This document shows, piece by piece, positions 1 to 6,486 of a stretch of DNA of 11,340 bases. The stretch is from positions 1-11,340 of the forward strand of contig JBJCIZ010000229.1 in NCBI GenBank assembly GCA_051294375.1, given 5' to 3'. The position numbers and the translations under genes were made by a program. The notes beneath the pieces were generated by a model, which saw nothing but the letters and a program-made list of their open reading frames with translations, was not told where the DNA came from and did no database searches. Source of the DNA: Paraspadella gotoi (Eukaryota > Animalia > Chaetognatha). How positions within the stretch are numbered: position 1 is the stretch's first letter; each line of letters opens with the position of its first letter.

Positions 1-1558
1 GGAGAGAGGACAGACACAAGCGCTCAGCACCACACTATCATCATACTCAACGGCCCTGGTGCGGGGACGCTACCGCGCACATTAGGCAAATGACGACGTA
101 GAGAGCGCGAAGTATTTCGCGAGTCTCCACTTCGGCCGGCAACATCATTTACCTTTGTCCGAGCACGTCTCTACTATTTTAGGCCGTTCACCATCAGCAG
201 CCGAACATCGAGAAAGGACGAAAGATGTTCACGCGTGCTTAGCGACGAAGAACGCTTTAACAGAGAGAGTTCCATCTAGAAGAACTCCCAAATGACAACC
301 GCACCATCGTAGTAGCGAGTCACGAAGGAGCCTGCTCTCCGGAGATATAGGAATTCCAAGCGGATCCCACTACGACGAGCCTTGCCAACTCCACAGCAGT
401 ACGCGAGACCGGGAAGGCACACGTGAGAATACACGAGATATTGCTTCGAACCGATACCCGCGCGAGTAAGGACAACGAGCGGAAGAGGACTTAAACCCTC
501 CTAGCACACGACGAACCGGAGGGATGTCCTTTTACGTGCCATTTCGGCCTTATTACGTTGCCCCAGGAACGCCGAGCAGGGCGTGCACGCGACCTATGTA
601 AGTCTATGAACATACTGCACCGGCCATTCTTGTAATCCGGTTCGCAGCACGACGGCACCCGTCTCACACGGTTGGGGCCACGCACTAATGAGAGTTCGAG
701 AGCAAGCGCACACGGCACAGCGGTAATGGCCGGGGAGAGAGACGCTGATAGTTAGTCGACCGACAGACCATGCACAAGCACGTGGCGGGTTCCAAAAGAG
801 GTATATATGACGCGGAGATAACTCAGCAATTTAAGCTTGGGAGTCGACGATTAATCTGGAGCGTGATTAAAAGTGCCGTACAAGGGCGGGGCCACACGTT
901 TACCGAGATCATCGGATTTCCCCGGGTGCGGAACGATCCAGACCGGTTCCCACAGCGTGAGCCGCATTGCCCACTGGAGACAGCTCGAGAGACAGGAATG
1001 GGATAACTAAACAGACGAGTTACAGCACGCTATGCGCTACCGTAATAAGTCACATATCTACACCTATAAACATGGAGCGTGGGGTTCCTTTGTGATTCGC
1101 AGGCCTTCATGTCGGCCTTTTTGTCTTTGCGGGGGAACGAGGTCTGTCTGTAGAGTGTTGCTCGCCAAGCGCGGAAAGGTAACCGCCAAAAGGGCACGCA
1201 GAAAGGAGCACCATAAAGTAAAGAGCTTAGTATTACACAGTACAATGAGACATCAGAATTCGGCATGAAACACGCCGATGATGCACAACAGGCGGACAAA
1301 AACATTTCTACACACCAGTAAAGAGCACATGAGATGCAATAAACTTCATCATTGGGTTTTCATTGAAATTTACCGAAACGTCCGCCAAAAATATCTACTT
1401 GGGGTGCTTAACGCATTAACAGAATCAGTATAAGAGCGTGAAGACATACTCAGAGTTTTCATCTTCCCGGGTCGCACTGCAACCTTTGCCTCGATTCGTA
1501 ACTTCTTCCTCTGGTCTGTAAGTCGAGTGCCCGTGAGTACCAGGAGAACTTAAGATCA
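1..1558 (-). repeat. 3' LTR, proximal (U3) portion; continues beyond position 1
   Basis: Minus strand reads PPT AGAGGGGA then TGATCTTAAGTTCT starting at 1558. This matches the reverse complement of the 5' LTR end (+ strand TGATCTTGAGATTCT at 11100-11114; 9/10, then TTCT after a 1-nt gap). No direct LTR-LTR overlap is visible in the window, so the call rests on these boundary signals. Confidence 0.7.
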
Positions 1559-1566
1559 TCCCCTCT
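1559..1566 (-). other. Polypurine tract (plus-strand primer)
   Basis: AGAGGGGA on the minus strand immediately before the TG that opens the inferred 3' LTR. It is short (8 nt) but G-rich and correctly placed. Confidence 0.65.
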
Positions 1567-2735
1567 ATACGTTTTTGCGTCACTATTAGGGATGGCGAGA
1601 CCTTCAGGGACTCAAGTAATACCGCTGAAATAACAGGATTGTCGCAGGAGATCCGTGTACTCCGAGAGCGAACGTACCATCTTCAATACTAAGAGAACTG
1701 TATGGGAACACACGAGAGAGGCGCAAATGTGAGAATCTATTTCCTATGTGCGGTAGTATACACTAGAGAGTAGCTACTGTGACGCTATGCATCACTAGTG
1801 GCGTAATGAAGGTCGAAACAAAATTACTCTCGAACACTAAACTTTTCCGGCGTAGATACTAATATCTCCAAATAATTTACTTAGACTACATTCTTGCAGG
1901 TCCCATTAGGGCTAGCGTCTTTGTTCTCGGAGCGGTTCGTCTGCCAGAATTGATATACTGATTGACAAAACGAACTACGTAAGAGGTGTGAACACTCGTA
2001 CCAATCTTTCAGAGTAGATATATCGTCCTATGCGAATACGCTGAGACACGAGCGCATCTGGCTCTGTAACTTCTCTGCGCAACGCACCAGCTAGGTCGGG
2101 AACGACCTACTATTTATATAAGGTGGCTATACAAAAGAAAGGTATATGATGTCTCTTAGATAGGTGCGTCGCATTCGCCCTTGACGTGTACACTTAGTGG
2201 AGAGTGCCCTTCCTACACAACTGTTCAGAGACACAAACACCAGTCCCAGACGGTATAGTTACCAGTACACAGGATGAACTACAGCGCAGCAGTCGCGTAG
2301 TATTCACTGCGAACACACTCGCGAGATGTATTACATAGGCTGAACATATATCTTGGGAGTTTCTCATCTGGGCTCACAATATACTCAGATGAGCGTTATA
2401 ACTGTATTTATTTGTAACAGAGTACATACAGACTTCTCTTTAATCTATTAGGAGGAACGAAAGTAATGAAAGTGCTACTTTATATTTTTTAGCATATGAT
2501 CAAGGTCTTCACAGCGATATTCTATACATACTAATAACACAGCGATAGTTCTCTTTTCGTCCTATCGGAAAGGATAGGGAATGGTAACAGTTGGATATTC
2601 ATATTATGAAACTGGGGTGTGTTGGTACATTTGGTTAGGAGAAGAGAGTTTTTCTTGTTTGGTTTGGAAGAAGAAGATTTTAACTTTTTGTGAAGGAGAT
2701 CAGACAGAAAGGATAAGTGGAACGAAGGTAAAGAA

Positions 2736-3064
2736 TTATTTTCTCTGTTCTTGTCGAGCTGTGCAGAACAGTAGAGTTCTGTCCAATGCCTTCTGATCTT
2801 CCAGTTGATTAAGTTTGTGTTGTTGAATTAAGATGTCTAAATGTTGTTGAATACCTTGTGTGGTGAATAAAATTGGGATTGTAAGATATGGGTTTGAGTA
2901 AGAGAATGTATTTGGGAAATGATTTTATCGGTTGAGAGAGATTTTATAATTGTAAGTGGAAGCTGAAAGGAAAGGATGGCTAAGAGGCAAGATAGAAAAG
3001 GTGTTGATAATGTTAAGTTTTTCCTTAAAATTTTGATCCTTGAAATAATTTGCGAAAAGTAAAA
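2736..3064 (-). pseudogene. Probable disrupted C-terminal extension of ORF3
   Basis: Removing one T from the run at 3061-3065 continues ORF3 as ..IILLFANYFKDQNFKEKLNIINTF.. to a TAA at 2925-2927. The same frame stays open for 62 more codons (..GIQQHLDILIQQHKLNQLEDQKALDR..) to TAA at 2736-2738. Confidence 0.4.
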
Positions 3065-4920
3065 ATTATTGAGAAAAGGTTTTTCTGATTGTTAAAATTT
3101 TTGGGCTTATTGATTAAGAGGTGTAAAATAGAAATTTCTGGTTTAATTTGTGAAGGAAATTGCATTTGGTAAAATAAGTAAAGAGGATCATCAGTCAATG
3201 TTTGATTTCCTACCAGTTCAGCAAAAAGTATCTTCCAGTCATCCTGTGCTGCATTTAGGCCAATTTCGGCTATGTGCGATCTTCTACTCGGGTCTGTGAT
3301 CATTTTTAAAATCTGAGCGAAAATTCTGTTTGACTTATAAAACGATGAGTTCTCTACAATCTTATCAATGCTATTTAGCGTTACTTGAAATAAATCTTCA
3401 TTATTGGATTCTTCTAAATTTTTAATTATTTGACTCTTAAATAATAAATTATTTTCTTCTGTTTCTTCATTTTGTTCCTTTATATTAATATCTTCTGCAT
3501 TTGGCAAATCGTCTATTGAATCGATTATAGTAATTGGAGACCAGTTACCTTCTTTTGGGGGATCGGGGAATAAGTCCACTTCTTTGGGTCTTATCTCAAG
3601 GCTGCAGGTTTCCTCAGTCGAAGAGACAATTGTTATCTTCTGAGCCGTTTCTGTGAAGGAGGAAATTATTTTTCTCTTTGTTCCCGCAGAAATGAGCGCC
3701 GAAGAAGAAGGGGCAACTGAAATCTGAGGAAAATTATTTGAGTCATTCTCATCAACTATAAATACCCGTTGGTCTTTTTGTTGATTCTGCTCTCTGTGTT
3801 TGTCTTCTAAATGTTCTGGAACAAGGTCTATTATCTTTTCTGGGGAGGGATCTTTGATCTGTTGTTGTGAGTCCTGGGCAAGAAAATAAGCATTTATCAA
3901 GTTAGAGTGATCAATTTTCAGTGGCAACTTTTGTTTAAAACCGCGCTCACCACCGACATTTATCGTTTCTACAATTGAATTTAAATCAAAATCGACTTCG
4001 AGTGTTTCCAAGGTCAAGATCAAACCGTGGAAAATTAAAAGATGAAGCCAAGAGTCTTGAGCGGCGTATCGCTTCATCTCTTCAGACCAATCTCCGCGCC
4101 CACGGAATTCACTGTTCCAATCTGACAAGGTGATCCGTTTATCTTTTTTCATCTTTATAGGCTTGACACTCGAGTCTGATGAGTATATGAAATCGAAAAT
4201 TTCTTTCATACCATAAATTGGTTTCAACTGTGAATCTGAGTATCCTTGTCTAAAGAAAAGTATTTTAAAGAAACGAGAAAGGTCAATGAGGCGCACGGAG
4301 TCAGGGTAGAGCACAAATTTTTCTTCTATTCCTAGCATGTCTCCCTCTGCATTGGCGGCAGTGAAGAGAATATTCGGGTGTTTAATGAGCAGATTGAATG
4401 ATGGTGGGAGATACATTTTGTGAGGGTTTTTAACATCGTATTTTATTGTTTTTCTTCCAGTGATACAGAAATCAGTTTGAATGACTATAGTGGCTGTTTC
4501 CTTCTTGTGAGTGCAGTAAGTCATCTGGATCACGCAAACTTTGTTATTCATGCCTTTCTTTAACTCACATTCAGTGTCTATTCCAATTACTAGAGTTTTG
4601 TTTATTTCCTGAAGTTTATCAGCTACGCGAATAATTTTCTTCATTTCTAAAGATAACATATTTTTGTCTTTTATAATTTTAACTGTATTCATGTCCAAAT
4701 AAATCCTATTTATTTCACCCTTTTTCAGTAGGTTTTCTTCTTCCAAGAGAATATTCGTACTCTTTTCTTCGAGTTTCTTCATTTTGTTCTTCCCTGAACT
4801 ACTTTTCTTTTTCTTTTTCTTTGACCTTGATTCCGAGAACTTACTCACAAAGATGGGCGCATTTTCGTCTTCGGACCATAGGTTCTCAGAGTCTTCATGA
4901 TCTTTGTTCTCCGTTGACAT
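3025..4920 (-). CDS. ORF3: DnaQ-like DEDDy 3'-5' exonuclease (WRN-exo/EXD/MUT-7-like) with basic NLS-like N-terminus, low-complexity linker and helical C-terminal region
   Basis: ExoI VIGIDTEC (D115, E117), VCVIQM strand, ExoII NAEGDMLGI (D194), LIDL, and ExoIII LSDW..SEEMKRYAAQDSW (Y285, D289). Domain spans about 4006-4683. SRSKKKKKK at aa 31-39. 631 aa open frame with AAAATG start context. Confidence 0.88.
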   Translation of the reverse strand: MSTENKDHEDSENLWSEDENAPIFVSKFSESRSKKKKKKSSSGKNKMKKLEEKSTNILLEEENLLKKGEINRIYLDMNTVKIIKDKNMLSLEMKKIIRVADKLQEINKTLVIGIDTECELKKGMNNKVCVIQMTYCTHKKETATIVIQTDFCITGRKTIKYDVKNPHKMYLPPSFNLLIKHPNILFTAANAEGDMLGIEEKFVLYPDSVRLIDLSRFFKILFFRQGYSDSQLKPIYGMKEIFDFIYSSDSSVKPIKMKKDKRITLSDWNSEFRGRGDWSEEMKRYAAQDSWLHLLIFHGLILTLETLEVDFDLNSIVETINVGGERGFKQKLPLKIDHSNLINAYFLAQDSQQQIKDPSPEKIIDLVPEHLEDKHREQNQQKDQRVFIVDENDSNNFPQISVAPSSSALISAGTKRKIISSFTETAQKITIVSSTEETCSLEIRPKEVDLFPDPPKEGNWSPITIIDSIDDLPNAEDINIKEQNEETEENNLLFKSQIIKNLEESNNEDLFQVTLNSIDKIVENSSFYKSNRIFAQILKMITDPSRRSHIAEIGLNAAQDDWKILFAELVGNQTLTDDPLYLFYQMQFPSQIKPEISILHLLINKPKNFNNQKNLFSIIFTFRKLFQGSKF

Positions 4921-4928
4921 TTTCGCGT

Positions 4929-4985
4929 CTGAAAAGCGGTTCCCTGAGCAAAATGATAAAACATAAGGGGTAAGAAAGGTTAATT
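4929..4985 (-). promoter_or_regulatory. Putative 3' splice acceptor for ORF3
   Basis: Minus strand reads TTAAC, a pyrimidine-rich tract (CTTTCTTACCCCTTATGTTTTATCATTTT), then CTTTTCAG ending at 4929, 8 nt before the ORF3 ATG. Confidence 0.5.
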
Positions 4986-5045
4986 AAGACATGTGAGGGA
5001 GAAAAAAATTTATAATAAAATAATAGAAGAATTAAAAAATAATAT

Positions 5046-6119
5046 TTATTTGTCCGGAGTACTACTTTCTGCTTCATCATTAGCATGAAATGAACTTAGA
5101 GAAATAGTACGAATTGTGTCTGGGTCATTTAGCATTGAAAAACCAGCAAGACCAGGAGTAAAACTACTACTANNNNNNNNNNNNNNNNNAGATGGGTCTT
5201 CATCTCTTTCTAGAGATCGGTCAAGGTCTTTTATAAAATCAAAACCATCTTCATCATCTTGTAATTCATTACTTAATTTACGAAATATATTTTGCATACT
5301 AGTTTCAGAATCTTTAGTTTTAGATCTTTTTATGGTGAAAGAATTATCACTTGTTTTAGGTTTTCTTTTTCTTAAATTATAAGAGGTTTCTCTCGATTCT
5401 ATAGGTTTTCTATTTTTTAAAGAGTTACCATTATTATTTAAAGAATTATCTATTTGAGGAGTTATGTTGCTTGGCAACAGGATCTCAAGATCATCGGAAA
5501 TTCTCGAGGGTCCCGGTTCGGGACTCAAGTTGATGATTGGTTCAGATTGTAAAGGTGGAGAACCTGTGGGAGATTGGAAAGGTGATTCTGGTGAATCGGG
5601 AGGTTGAAGATCAGGTGATGGAGGAGGAGTAGCGTTATGATGGTCATTAGAGAAAGAGTCAAAGGATAGAGCAGCTAAGAGGAAAGCCTTTTGTTTAGAT
5701 CTTGTCATCATCTGGTGGGATGGTGATAACGTTTGTGTTGGTTTCTTTAAGATGGTTGATGGTAGAAGAGTATTAATCGTAGGTGGTGAACGATCTTTAG
5801 GTATGGTATAAAGTTTTAGTTGATTATGATGTTTAGTGGAAATTTTTCCAGATCGACTTTCACACTTGTAGTTCACTGTTGGTTTTCCATCCAATCTTTC
5901 TTTAGTTTTAACAATGACAGATGGTCCACTCCAGTTGGGAGTGAGCTTTTCATGAATATTCCGAGGTTGGAATTCCCAGACTTTATCTCCTTCTTTATAA
6001 GGTTTGTATTTCATATGTTTGTCATATTCTTGTTTTTGTTTCTCTTTAGCTAAGTCCATTTCATGTTTGATAGTTTTTAAAGTAGAGTTGAAATGTTGAT
6101 TTATATTTTCTATGTATTC
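5046..6119 (-). CDS. pol: pol, segment 3: integrase C-terminal region (GPY/F-like module) and long Pro/Ser-rich tail; no chromodomain
   Basis: The frame is open from 6119 (EYIENINQHF..MDLAKEKQKQEYDK), then YKEGDKVW..KLTPNWSGP..V..NY..HHNQLKLY. Joined to segment 2 by a frameshift near 6120. Confidence 0.85.
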   Translation of the reverse strand, partial: EYIENINQHFNSTLKTIKHEMDLAKEKQKQEYDKHMKYKPYKEGDKVWEFQPRNIHEKLTPNWSGPSVIVKTKERLDGKPTVNYKCESRSGKISTKHHNQLKLYTIPKDRSPPTINTLLPSTILKKPTQTLSPSHQMMTRSKQKAFLLAALSFDSFSNDHHNATPPPSPDLQPPDSPESPFQSPTGSPPLQSEPIINLSPEPGPSRISDDLEILLPSNITPQIDNSLNNNGNSLKNRKPIESRETSYNLRKRKPKTSDNSFTIKRSKTKDSETSMQNIFRKLSNELQDDEDGFDFIKDLDRSLERDEDPSXXXXXXSSSFTPGLAGFSMLNDPDTIRTISLSSFHANDEAESSTPDK

Positions 6120-6486
6120 TTACAGATGTTTTTGGGTTTTGTGAAGGTATAATTTGGTTCAAAGGAATGTTTGCTTCATAACCATGGCGCATAAAGAAAG
6201 GTGTTTGTTTAGTTGTACTATGAGGTGTGGTGTTCATTGCATATTGCAGTAAGGGTAATTGTTTGGGCCACTGCTTGTCTTCTTGAAGAAGACGTTTGGT
6301 GAGTTCAGAAATAATTGAACGGTTTTTTCTTTCTGTGGCGCCTTGTGACTGGGGATGATAAGGGGTGGAATGGGATTTCTTGATGTTTAAAAATTTGCAT
6401 AAAATTTGCATAATTTCGTTTTCAAATTCACCTCCACAATCAGTTGTAAATGACTCTGGAGGACCGTGTCTTAAAATGAAATCTTG
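6120..6486 (-). CDS. pol: pol, segment 2: integrase catalytic core (second D and E of DDE)
   Basis: QDFILRHGPPESFTTDCGGEF..STPYHPQSQGATERKN..W..L..YAMNTTPHSTTKQTPF is a canonical rve core. Frameshifted from segment 1 at the homopolymer 6487-6490. Confidence 0.92.

Larger units (their letters stand above)
1..2580. ncRNA. Candidate large structured RNA/ssDNA region spanning the 3' UTR and U3
   Basis: Many helices found by eye, e.g. 49-55/182-188, 57-64/299-306, 203-209/224-230, 307-313/369-375, 620-628/725-733, 1142-1151/1288-1297, 2092-2098/2103-2109, 2363-2372/2384-2393. No credible ORF. GC- and CpG-richer than the coding region. Not tested against a shuffled background. Confidence 0.4.

Noticed and set aside
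491-1305. Four short ORFs (75-91 aa) on both strands
   Set aside because: No recognisable motifs, two overlap on opposite strands, lengths are expected by chance in GC-richer DNA, and they lie within the inferred LTR.
1-2580. Possible rRNA, group II intron, hammerhead or HDV-like ribozyme (fragments such as CAGCAGCCG at 195, GGCCGGC at 134, ATAACAGG near 1630, GGACGAAA on the minus strand near 2555)
   Set aside because: Only isolated short matches. The conserved cores are missing or out of order (no CUGANGA, no proper domain V, no ordered rRNA motifs).
1-2580. CRISPR-like or tandem repeat array
   Set aside because: No periodic repeat unit found by eye.
2581-2796. 71-aa + strand ORF
   Set aside because: No homology cues; it is antisense to the likely ORF3 extension and 3' UTR.
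3025-4920. ORF3 as an env glycoprotein
   Set aside because: No signal peptide, fusion peptide or transmembrane anchor; it has clear DEDDy exonuclease motifs instead.
4895-5086. 63-aa hydrophobic ORF bridging pol and ORF3
   Set aside because: Hydrophobicity is explained by the T-rich spacer and polypyrimidine tract; it overlaps both neighbours out of frame.
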